Origin: Intoshia linei
Lineage: Eukaryota > Animalia > Orthonectida
DNA length: 57,556 nucleotides
Direction of reading: 5' to 3'
NCBI GenBank assembly: GCA_001642005.1
Contig: LWCA01000083.1
Location: forward strand, 1-57,556
Part shown: positions 24,801 through 35,349 of the stretch, piece after piece
How positions within the stretch are numbered: the first letter of the stretch is position 1
How the letters are laid out: each line of letters opens with the position of its first letter
Made by a program: the position numbers and the translations under genes
Notes under the pieces: generated by a model
What the model was told of the DNA's origin: nothing
Seen by the model: only the letters and a program-made list of their open reading frames with translations
The model's database searches: none

Positions 24801-27800
24801 TTATCTATCGTGGCAGTAATAATTGCTGCAATTCGAACTGCATCTTGGAATAGACGTAATGGAAATTTAACTATTGAAGTTTTAACGGTTATCAAATTTT
24901 TTTTGCATTTATTCGCGTCAATATCTGATGTGTTTTTAATAACTATAATTGGTGCTACGTTTTGGATAGCGATATTTTTTAAACTACAAAAAACTGCAGT
25001 GGTGATGCTTCCTTCCGTTGAATCACAAAAGAGTTGGCTTGAACCGTACATCATCACGGCTGTAGTGTTTAGAATCATTTCTACCATTCATTTGATAGGT
25101 AGACAAATCAGTGTTGATATTTTTCTAATAGACTGGGAACGTTCACACGGAAATTCAGATCGTAATTCTTATAAAATTCATTGTATTATACCTATAAATT
25201 ATTTCATTGTACAATGTATATTTTAGAAAAAAATACCTCAGATGTATCAGCATGGAGGACATATTTTGTTGCAAATGAATGGAATGAAATTCAGACTTAT
25301 AGAAAATGTCCTCATGCTATTCGATTATTTTTTATAATGTTTTTATTATACGTGACTAATTTTGACACATTTGCTGCGTGGCAAGCTACTGGAGGTGAAA
25401 TTCTTGATACTGTCTGGTTAAAAACTGTTGTTCCTGGAAGAGACGTTGATGCACTAGGTGCTGATTATCGCTGTGTAGATAATCAAGTTCTTCGTATCGC
25501 ACTAATTTCAGCTATATTTTTTGGGATATATATTGTTCAATGGATTATTGATTCTGCTATTTATACCCGATTTATTGAAGATAAAATTGAACAGTTTGTC
25601 GATTTATGTTCCATGTGCAGGTATTTTTTAATTATGTGAATGTAATAATATAAAATTTTGTTTAGTATTAGTGTGGTTATATTTGAAACTAAAAATTATG
25701 GATATTATATTCATGGACGATCCATTCATGGTTATGCTGATACTGGAATGAAACAAATGTACGAAAATATGGATCGTGAGGAGGTTTAGTATAATTATTT
25801 GTATTAAGAATTTGTCGAAAATGTGGGGTAAAAATTGAAATTTAGAATTCACAATTTTTTATGGTAAATTGCTAAAGGTCAGAGGGCGTAAGTATATAAT
25901 CCCTTTTTGTGTATAAAACGCATCATTAGATATTAATGTCAATTTTTATTTTTAGAAAGATTTATGTGGAAAGCGGGGACTCCAACCAAATTCGGATCAG
26001 CAAACATTTTCTATGCTATTAGCCCAAAATATCAGAACACATTACGACAATATAATTTATCCCATTTTAAGTGGAAATGATTTGACAATAACTATTCCTA
26101 CAAAAGACGAAAAAACTAATTTAAATAGACTGGATGCTGCTATTGTGAAATGTTTAAATTCTTATTCTTTTCTGAACAAACTTCTTCAATCATTTTTTGA
26201 ACATGTATGATTTTATTTACTTTATTTTGTTTATGGATAAGGTGAAAACAAGTGAATATAATGGTGATAAAATTGTAATTTGCATTTTTTACCGTTAAGT
26301 TATCGAATATAAGTTATTAATTTTATGTTTTGAATTTTTTAAGTGTTGTGAACCAAAACTGAAAATTCATCAAATTTTTTACAGTAAAGTAATTTTGAAA
26401 AAAAGTACTTATTGAATTTTAAAAAAAAAATTTTGCTGAGTTTTACTGTACTAAGTTTCTAAAAAAACTAAGTTTAACACACTAATATATAATACGCATA
26501 GTTAACTTTATAAAATTTTAATTAACCATTATTAATATGAACGATAATAGTACCGTAAGGTTTGACCCAATTTTAACTTTTTCTTACCTTAATTATGAAC
26601 CAGTATTTTTAAAATTTTTGAATTAAAATTAAAAATCAAAGTGTAAAAAATATGCATCTCACAATTTCAAAATAAATGTGAAAATTGAACGTCTACACAT
26701 TTCAATAAAAAGATATGGGTGGAAATCTCATAAATTGATTCCTTCGGTTTCTTTTCATTTCTACGCAATTTTTCATTTCCTTCAAATCCCCATCCTAAAA
26801 ATTGTATTTATTAATTTGTGGTTTACATTCTACTTACCAAATTACGACAATTTTCATTTCACATGACAGACATTTTAGCTATTGTATTATATATAAGTTT
26901 TATAAGGATTTAATAAATTATTTTTCTAGAGCTTAAAAGAGGTCGACTATGAAGTCAAAGACAGAACGTTGATTGAATTGTTGCTCAATTTAGAAAGTTA
27001 TGGAATTCAAAATGATATTTCAGTGCTATATAAAGGTACGCTTATTAATTATAATTTTTAATGAAAGGAAAAAATGATACAAATGTACTATTTAATTTTT
27101 GTAGATAATGGACATTCCTTTGATTCGGTGCTATTTTATGGCAATGAGTGGTATCTTCTTAGTTTTGAATTGCTGATATTTTTGATTATTGATTACTACA
27201 GCCAAAACTACATCCTTGCCGTATTTGTAACTTACTTTTTGATGGAGGTTATCTTTATTTATATATAAAATTGAATGAAAAGTAATGTTTACAGTCAGAG
27301 CCGAACTAACTATGTGCGAGCTCCCGAAAATTACTAACAAATTTTTAGTGAAAATTCAGTTATAATTCGATATTAATCAATACAATTTAGTAGATTTAGA
27401 ACTAATTTGGCTCTGTAATACAAATTGTGTATAAATGAATGGCATGTAATGTTATTTAATATAAGTAATAAAAACATATTTGCGCTAATTATATTTACCA
27501 TGTAAATTTTTTGAAATTGAATTCCGAAAGCTACCAAAAAGTATCTCAACTAGCTGTCATGCACTATAAACATATATAATTTGTGAAACATTTACAATGA
27601 ACCCTTAGTTTTATAAGACAAGTAGATATATCATGTTATTGATGAACCGTGGTGTTAACTTGATTTCGCAACCGGGGTCTAAAATTTTGCATAGTGTATA
27701 GTTTATTAATAAATATTTTATATTCACAATTTTATTTTGTTTGAATTTTTATTATTTTTATATTTTTCATATAAAGAATTCATGGAAAATGTTAACAATT

Positions 27801-30800
27801 GAAACCCAAGCATATTTTCAACAATATTGAGTATTATTTCCAAAATATTCCCAACAGTTTCATTCATAGTTGAGTCAATAATACATTTAATGATAAAAAA
27901 CGAACCAGTGATTTTATAACCAGCCAAAGCCAAAATCATAAAAAATTCGACAAAAAGGGCTTTAATAAAGAAAGGAATACGATTTTGATTTGATACATTG
28001 ATGTGAAATGTGTCCATAAATGACGTTAATCTTATCAAAATACCTTTCTTTTGGTTGGTATACTTATCATCAATCAATGCATAGTTAGGGTCAATAATAT
28101 CCATTTGTGCCCTTGACCTTTTTCTAAATAGATAAAAGGTATGTAAACAGGGGATACATAGAATAAATGCAATGACGACTTGACTTGTATAACATACTAA
28201 CAGCATTATTAGCATTGGTTTCAAATTTACACCTATAAAAATTATTATTGACATAACAGTTGCATTGTTAATGACATTGAGAATAATGATTATTAATGCG
28301 ACTGGGTTTCCAAAGATTTTCCTTATTAAATGTTTGGATTTTAATATTTTGTTTATTCCATAAAGTTGTACTACTATGGCGGTTAACAATAATGGTGTGC
28401 CTGAACACCCTGAAAATATTTTAAGGTTTAATCCATTATGACCATTCAATGACAAGATGTGGTAAATGAACCGTATCGATGACAAAATAAGTATCATTAG
28501 GTGTATCACAAAGTAATATAGTATTGATCTCTTTCCTTTATAGTAAATGAGTAATGTAAATAAAATTACTGCTAAGTTTCCTTGTATAAAATTAAGTATT
28601 ATGAATATTGAACTCCAAAAAATTAAAATCATAATGTGTTCAAATTCTGTTTTTTGTTGTATAATTTGTTATAATAATGTAGGTAATTTGAAGTTATGTT
28701 ATCAGTTTTTAATTTAAAAACAAATATAGAGATAACTTTACATTTTAAATAAAATAAATATTTAATTTAAATATTGATTAACTTTTATTCAAAAATTAAA
28801 ATTTTATTAATCATTATTAGTAAAATGAATTGTGTATTCATCATTTTGATTTAAGCTGTGTTATTATCAATTATCCGTATATCGTGATATCTACTACCGT
28901 AGTGGTAGTAGAATAATTACATCCAGTATGCCTGGAAACTAAATTATAAAAGCTATCAAGTCGCTTAATTGAAGTGGCGGAACCAGTTCATATGTCAGTA
29001 TCTGAGAGTAGCTTTTGGTCTCTATAGGCTGAGTTTATATATTGAGATGTTTTAGACCAAATTTGATAATACACATTTGCTGGAATAGTTTGTTCTATCT
29101 TTGGTATGCTCTGTCCGATCTAAGAAAAATGATGGTGAAACAAGCCAATTTCGCGGGCGGCACTATGATTTTGTTCGATATGATTAAAACTTCAAAAACT
29201 TTAACTTGTATACTAGGTAAATTTATAGACATGAGAATTGTTGAACAAAATTAAGCTTATTGACCATGGGTATTAGACTCAATTTTCTTGGCGGGCCAAA
29301 TATGAAATAAAATTATTACGTGGGCCGCACAAAAAAATCTTTACTCAAAAAATTATGTTAAAATTAACAATTTTAATTAATTTATAATAATTTTAATTCA
29401 TAAAATAAAATAGGAAACAATAATAACACTGTCAGATCCGTTTTAAGGCATGGGCAATATGGGCTGTAGCCCAGGGCCCCTTATTAAAAAAGACCCCCAA
29501 ATTAATAAAAGTAGTTTACATTTATATCTTAAAAAGAGGCCCAATTTATTGAAGTTTGAACTTTTTCTAAACTAAAAATAATTAAGAATTAACTTCTAAA
29601 TTGCTTAGCTCAACCTCGTTTGAATGCGCTCTCCTTAATGTCAATTGAGAATGATATCAGTTTTGATATCATATCTGATTTCTTTCAGAAAAAAGTAAGA
29701 AAACAACATTTGTTAAGAATTGTCAAGAATTTTTTGTAACTGCATGGTGCATATTTTAATTATATTCATTAATTAATGTAAGTAGGTTTTTGTAAAATAA
29801 ATAAAAGTTACTAGAAACCCACATAATATCTTTTAATGCCTTTATTAATACTCTAATTTTAAAACTCTAAGTCTCCAACCAACAGTATGCCCTGTCTTAT
29901 AAACAGGGGACCTAAATTTTTTTTATCGCTTCGCTCGAAATTTTAAAGGCCCGGCCATTTGCTTAGCCCAGGACCCCGAAGTGGCTTAAGACGGTTTTGA
30001 ACACTGTACAAAATTTTCCGAAAAATTTTAAAAGAGCAGAACGAAATTTAGTTTATGGCTTGGATAACACTGTCAGGATTCGAATGATGTTTGTGATTCT
30101 ATTTGATTAGATCGTAATCTTGAGATATTTTATTTTTTAAGTGTATATAGTAGAACTAGTCATTCTACTAAACTAGTATATTCAAGATTATGTCAACATT
30201 TCATTTCAAATTTAGTTATCATTCCATCAATTCTAAATAAATCCACATATACATGTATTCTTTTTTAATTAGTTTAAATTAAGATTATGTGATTACGTGA
30301 AAAATTGAATTGAAATTGGAAAAATATTAAAAGCACGATTCAAAAGTATGTCAACACCTAACAAAACTGATTATAATAATTTTATTATTAACTACTTATG
30401 TAATGAATTGTAAGCAAATACTACAAATTAATATTTAATGATAACCATTTGATGTACAGCATGATTCCATTCTATTTGGGAGGCTCATATATAATTTATT
30501 TATAAAATCAGGGGTTGTAACATTGGACCATTCCCTTGTTATTATATTGCTCAATTCAGCTTGATTATAAACATTTTGTGATATTTCATTAGTTCTAACC
30601 TTCACTCGTGACCATACGTGCTTGATAATGTTGAGATTTGGACTATTGGACGGCCATCTTATTAATTGAATTTTATTCTCTTCTATCCATTCAGTGATCT
30701 AATAATAAATTGAATATTAATTTATAATTTAAGACAATTTAAAAAAATATTTATCGATCGAGCTCTATGACAAGGAGCGTTGTCTTGCTGAAATTGTTTG

Positions 30801-31542
30801 ATTGCTAATATGTCTATCTTCTAAAAATGGCTTTAATGTGTTATCCAGGATGCTTTTATAGCTCATTGTATTCAATTTTCCTGATAAAATTTTTACACAG
30901 CTACCATTTTTCTTTGAAATACATCCCAAATCATCACTGAAGTTGAAAACCTGTTATTTTTACAAATGGTGAACTGTTCTAAAGGTTCAGTTTTTCTTCT
31001 CCATATTTTCTGGCGAATATGACCTCTTTTGATGTCAACATTGCATTCATCAGAAAATATCACTTTTTTCCAATCATTCATAGACCAACTGCGGTGATCT
31101 GTACAAAAGTCTAGGCGTTTAGAAATGTTAACTACAGATAACCGAGGCTTTTTGCTAACAGCATAGCTTTTAATTCCATTTATTATCAACTTCTTCTAAC
31201 CCAACTTTGTTATTATTTTTATATTTATTACAATCCTTTGCAATATTGGTAAAATTCGCCTGAAATATGTTGATAAAGTTTAGAATTAGTTTATCAAAAA
31301 CAATGAAAATTGTTAGATTCACAATAAAATAATTATTACGTAATCTAAAACCTAACCATTGAATCTTTTTAAATTAATTTTTGAACCAAATTACTACTTT
31401 TAAGAAACTAATTAAAACCTAATGTTATACTTTCATATTGACTTGTACATTCAAATTATAGGGACTAATCACTGCAAGGGACAGTTTGGGAAGAAGCAAT
31501 TTGGCAGCTAAAACTTTGGTCGACAAGCGATTTTTAATTTAA
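18852..31542 (+). CDS. TMEM67: Meckelin (ciliary transition-zone membrane protein MKS3), 13 exons
   Basis: Exons 18852-19044, 19085-19273, 19463-19670, 19757-19967, 22390-22866, 23166-23415, 24487-25161, 25227-25620, 25666-25783, 25956-26204, 26930-27035, 27105-27247, 31462-31542. Signal peptide, Cys-rich domain, NQTACQILSNMCVL, LPWLYY, WQFTRRFFLVD, DIFLIDWE, SAWRTYFVANEWNEIQ, GYYIHGRS.HG.ADT.M, LCGKRGL.PN, and the diagnostic C-terminus GRSNLAAKTLVDKRFLI*. Confidence 0.96.
19990..20710 (-). mobile_element. Helitron-like copy in TMEM67 intron 4
   Basis: A/CTAGGTTGACTGTTATGTACTACGTACAAACAGCACCTAGCTCTGCCGAGGG is the family 3' terminus, read on the minus strand. Confidence 0.65.
21160..21824. 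mobile_element. hAT-like MITE
   Basis: TIRs TAGGGGTGTGAA / TTTACACCCCTA with 8-bp TSD ATATACAT / AAATACAT. Confidence 0.65.
21891..22264. mobile_element. Tc1/mariner-type MITE
   Basis: TIRs CAGACCCGTCCATATG / CATATGGACGTGTCTG with TA on both sides. Confidence 0.7.
27724..28632 (-). CDS. Orphan seven-transmembrane protein, divergent rhodopsin-like GPCR or chemoreceptor candidate, nested in TMEM67 intron 12
   Basis: Uninterrupted 302-codon ORF in AT-rich DNA with about 7 hydrophobic segments. GNLAVI in TM1 (class-A GN motif), long hydrophilic loop after TM5, basic C-tail. DRY and NPxxY are not recognisable. Confidence 0.7.
   Translation of the reverse strand: MILIFWSSIFIILNFIQGNLAVILFTLLIYYKGKRSILYYFVIHLMILILSSIRFIYHILSLNGHNGLNLKIFSGCSGTPLLLTAIVVQLYGINKILKSKHLIRKIFGNPVALIIIILNVINNATVMSIIIFIGVNLKPMLIMLLVCYTSQVVIAFILCIPCLHTFYLFRKRSRAQMDIIDPNYALIDDKYTNQKKGILIRLTSFMDTFHINVSNQNRIPFFIKALFVEFFMILALAGYKITGSFFIIKCIIDSTMNETVGNILEIILNIVENMLGFQLLTFSMNSLYEKYKNNKNSNKIKL
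29433..29999 (+). mobile_element. hAT non-autonomous element with dimerisation-domain remnant
   Basis: TIRs CAGATCCGTTTTAAG / CTTAAGACGGTTTTG. Perfect 8-bp TSD AACACTGT (29425-29432, 30000-30007). Internal LAQPRLNALSLMSIENDISFDIISDFFQKKVRK. Confidence 0.8.
30470..31195 (-). pseudogene. Decayed Tc1 (DD34E) transposase
   Basis: KKPRLS....KRLDFC..H..W...WKKVIFSDE, SVMIW(G) with a frameshift, FQQDNAPCHRARS, WPSNSPNLNIIKHVW. The catalytic Glu position reads Lys. Confidence 0.9.
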
Positions 31543-31716
31543 AACAATTGTATATTTCGTAAAAATAAAATTTTACCTTAACCCTTATAGTTTGAGGCAG
31601 AGTGGAGAACCGATTTCACACATAAGGCCACATTCAAATAATTTAAAATTGATGAGGCTGCACCGTGGGATTACAAAAAAAATATTGTAATATTAAGTAG
31701 TCAATACAGTCATATG

Positions 31717-32100
31717 CAGTAGGGATTCTAGATGGAATTCAGGGGCCCTAAAATATTTTAATTTGTATATCAACTATGTGTAAAATTAAAAAAAGTTCTA
31801 AAACCCATAAAATTGCGTTTATTAAATTATGATTGTTATCATTGTTTACGTTCTATGTATATTAATTTAGAGTTTAACAGCAGTTTAAATTAAATTATCG
31901 GACTTAATGTTGTTGATAATCGAAAGAGAATTTGCCGAAAATATCGATTTTGATGCAATTGTTGAAAGATTTAGTAGAATGAAAACTAAAAAAAAATATA
32001 AAAATTCAAATATATTGTGAGTTTAGCCACCAATTAATTATTTATTTAAATAATTATTTTATCCCTCCCCCCTTGGCTATAAATCCTAGATCCGCCACTG
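31717..32100 (+). mobile_element. hAT non-autonomous element related to 14385-15612
   Basis: Termini CAGTAGGGATTCTAG / CTAGATCCGCCACTG, degenerate TSD GTCATATG / GTAGTATG. Encodes KLSDLMLLIIEREFAENIDFDAIVERFSRMKTKK (hAT C-terminus). Confidence 0.75.
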
Positions 32101-32882
32101 GTAGTATGGTTTGATTATTTGCAATTATTAAAATTGATTTTACATACAAAATTTCTTAAAAACTTAAATAATATAAATAGCAAAGACGAAAACTAATTTG
32201 ATTAATTGGAACAATTATAAGGTTGTCCTTTGTATTAATCCTTTTGGCCAAATCTCCAAATGACATTACATAACTAGTTAAATTTTAAATAATAAATCAC
32301 ATATAATATAATACGAGCTTCAAAATAACAACCATGGATATGTCATTAGGTCTATTTTTCCCCTCGACTAAAGTTCAGTTTTAACTTTACATGATAAATT
32401 TAGTTTTTCTTGATGAAATTTCCACAAAAATTTTGAAATCGACCATATTGTCCTCAACCTCTTTTATATCGGAGGATTTTTCTACGTGTTTGAAAACATT
32501 CAAAATCGTACATTGGCTCATTTGATAATTATAATTGATTACCAAAAAGGTTGACTTTAATCCAACAATTTATTGATTATAATGATTGAAACTACTACGT
32601 CCATGTCAATTTTTTTTTAATCATGTTAAAATCTTTTCAAGTTTACCAATGTGCTGGAATTATTAAATAACGCTGGTATTTCGGTTTAAACGATAAAATA
32701 AAGACAACATATGAGTGTTTTATAAAAAATAGTAATTTTTTATAACTACCAAAAACTAAAGTCGTTTAAATTTAACCAAAATTAGAATTGAATTAGAAAA
32801 AATTTACAAAAACTGGAACATAAAATACAATAAATCATATCCTAACTCCCATTCTCGTTTCAAAAATATAAAATTATCAAAT

Positions 32883-34083
32883 TCAATTAATCTTTACTCT
32901 AGAATCAAAAATGTCGCTTATATAACTCTTGTCCATTTTAACTATCTTTTCTTTTGTTTCAATATCATTCACAGTCCAAAATACCGGTTCAATGTTTAGG
33001 CATTCAATAATCTTGATAAACGATCTAAAAATTTATTCAATAACTACATACAAATAATTATATTGTACAAATTAACAAAAAATCACTTTTTAGCAAAAGA
33101 TTTTTCAGCCAAGATAAAGGAGTTTCCAATAAAAAGCGTTATAATCATAAATTGTATAAGTATAAAATGATCCAAAAAGCTTTGGTACAGGTTTATCAAC
33201 CATTTTGAATTGATTAAAATACTTGTATCACCTTGCATGATGGACAGCCCACCCACAATATCCCCATCCATATTACGTATCTACAAATTATACCATAAAA
33301 ATATATGGCTTTACTTTGTAAATTAAATTCCAATCAAACGAACAAACTACACAGTGAGAATACAACCAATGGTATTTTTTAAAGTAGTACAATATTCCAT
33401 CAATTATCTAAAATATTAGATATACAAAGCTACATAAAACGTAAAAAACAAATTGATCAGATTCTTTAACATCCATCAAAATATATACTTCATTTCTAAT
33501 ACAACATTGAATGGCATCCTCCAAAGTGGGTACGTTACAATTTGAATATCTACAAATAAAAAAATGTCGATTCAATATACTTTTTGTTGTTAAAATGAAT
33601 ACAAGCATTTAACTTTTCAATTTCTGACGAAACAAAATCGCGCAAAAACCCCCTGCCTAAAACTTTGAAAATAAAACTAATAAACAAACCATTTGTAGTA
33701 CGTTCAACGCTACTATCATGCATAAGCACCTAAAAACCATCAAAATACCGTAAATTTAAGAACCTTACCAATTTACCATCCTTAGTGGATCTAATATCAA
33801 TTTCAATAGCTTTGTAACTCAATTTTGAAATCTTGATAAATGTTTAAACAAAATTACCAAAAATTACAAAATCAATAGATTCCAATGTATTTTCAGGTGC
33901 ATTTTTAGAAAAACCACGATGTCCAATTTTACGAACTTTACGAATATTGCGTTTTACAAAATTTTCAATGTGTCTATTAGGCTTTTTATTGCCCCATAAC
34001 AATACGATGCTTTTTAAAAATAACCACATAACAACCGCACATGTCAATACACAAAGAAATGCAAAACTAATCAAATAAAACAT
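32883..34083 (-). CDS. GDE1: Glycerophosphodiester phosphodiesterase 1-like (GDPD domain, N-terminal membrane anchor), 8 exons
   Basis: Spliced product contains IGHRG, APENTLES, AIEIDIRSTKDGKLVLMHD..VERTTNG.G, VPTLEDAI, MDVK, CSFD, FWTVN, YISD. Seven short GT-AG introns. Confidence 0.88.
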
Positions 34084-34545
34084 TTTTTCAATGTACAAAT
34101 AAAAAGTGAAAAAAGCTATTTGATTCGATATTTAAATCGATTTTGAAAACTTTTAATTTTAGTTACTGTATATTGATGTAAAGTTAAACTAGCCATATTT
34201 TGGAATAACAATTAGGACAAATTTAGTTTTAATTTAATTCTTTTTACATTACAATTTCCAAATTCGTACTTTGCATAAAAATTTACAGCGTTATCATACA
34301 AATAATTTGAATCGCTACTGCATTGTCTAAGTTAAAAAACTAATAAATATTATTAAAAGTGTATTACATTTCCATTGGCTCCATATTCAAAGCTAAAAAG
34401 TCTAAAATGTCGATATTAACGTATATATACAAAATTAGAATTATTTTCATAATAAATTTACTTTGACATATATACTGAAATATGTAATATAATTGATTAT
34501 AATTTTTATAAAATAGCAATGTCTCTTTAATTTAAATTGCGTATT

Positions 34546-34849
34546 AAGGTACCCAGGTTAAGAGCCCATGCCCTAATTATATGTTATCTTTTAGTTTCTT
34601 AATGATAACATACCTTGCGCTTGAGAACAAACTTTGTTAATTTCATGCTAAATTATTATTAGCAATTTTTTAAATTAAGTAATATTAATTTTTATTAAAA
34701 ATTACATTAGTTTTTCTCTTTTTAGTTTTAGTTTTCTTGGTAAAGGTTTTACTTTTTATGTATTCATCTTTAGCGTCTTTAAAATTTAAAATTTCAGGTT
34801 CCGAGTCGAATTCAAAGTCAGATACGAGATCAAATTCAATTTCACTCAT
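34546..34849 (-). CDS. Small unidentified gene (acidic N-terminus, Lys-rich NLS-like stretch), probably spliced
   Basis: ATG at 34849: MSEIEFDLVSDFEFDSEPEILNFKDAKDEYIKSKTFTKKTKTKKRKTN, then a GTAATT donor and a candidate exon HEINKVCSQAQ followed by a GTATG donor. The 3' end is uncertain. Confidence 0.4.
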
Positions 34850-35349
34850 TTGCAAAATATATTTTTTAGAAATTTTACAATACCTTTAATAAATAATAAA
34901 TTGATAATTCAATAAGGTTAATATTTATATTGAACATTAAAGTTATACTGCAACATGGTGAATTAATAAATAAAGTTGCAGATTTTTTAAAATTTTGAAT
35001 TTATATTTACATTTAGACTAAAATTTAGTTGCTACTAAAGATTATTGTATTTTTTTAGTTTTTAACAAGTGGTAGAAATTAACTTTTCAGAATATATTTT
35101 GAATTATTGAACTTAATAGTACATACAGTAGTAATTACGTAAATATTGAAAAAGTGCACCATCAATTTGAAAAATTTTCATCAAAATTAATCAACTCTAA
35201 ATTAATTATCTTTTAGTATTCAGTGATTATTTTTATATATTTTTGTTGTAAATCTATGCGAAAAAAATGAATACATAAATTATGAAATTGGTAACCCTGG
35301 AGAGATTTTATTATATAAGGAATTATCGTTGGTTAGATATATTTATCAA

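Noticed and set aside
27281-27365. Apparent terminal exon of TMEM67 right after exon 12
   Set aside because: Gives a stop after four codons in the required phase; the conserved C-terminus is at 31462-31542.
29042-29254. 70-aa ORF
   Set aside because: Non-ATG start, intronic, no motif.
32190-32521. Short minus-strand ORF MSQCTILNVFKHVEK... with possible further exons
   Set aside because: Splice phases could not be reconciled and no homology was recognised.
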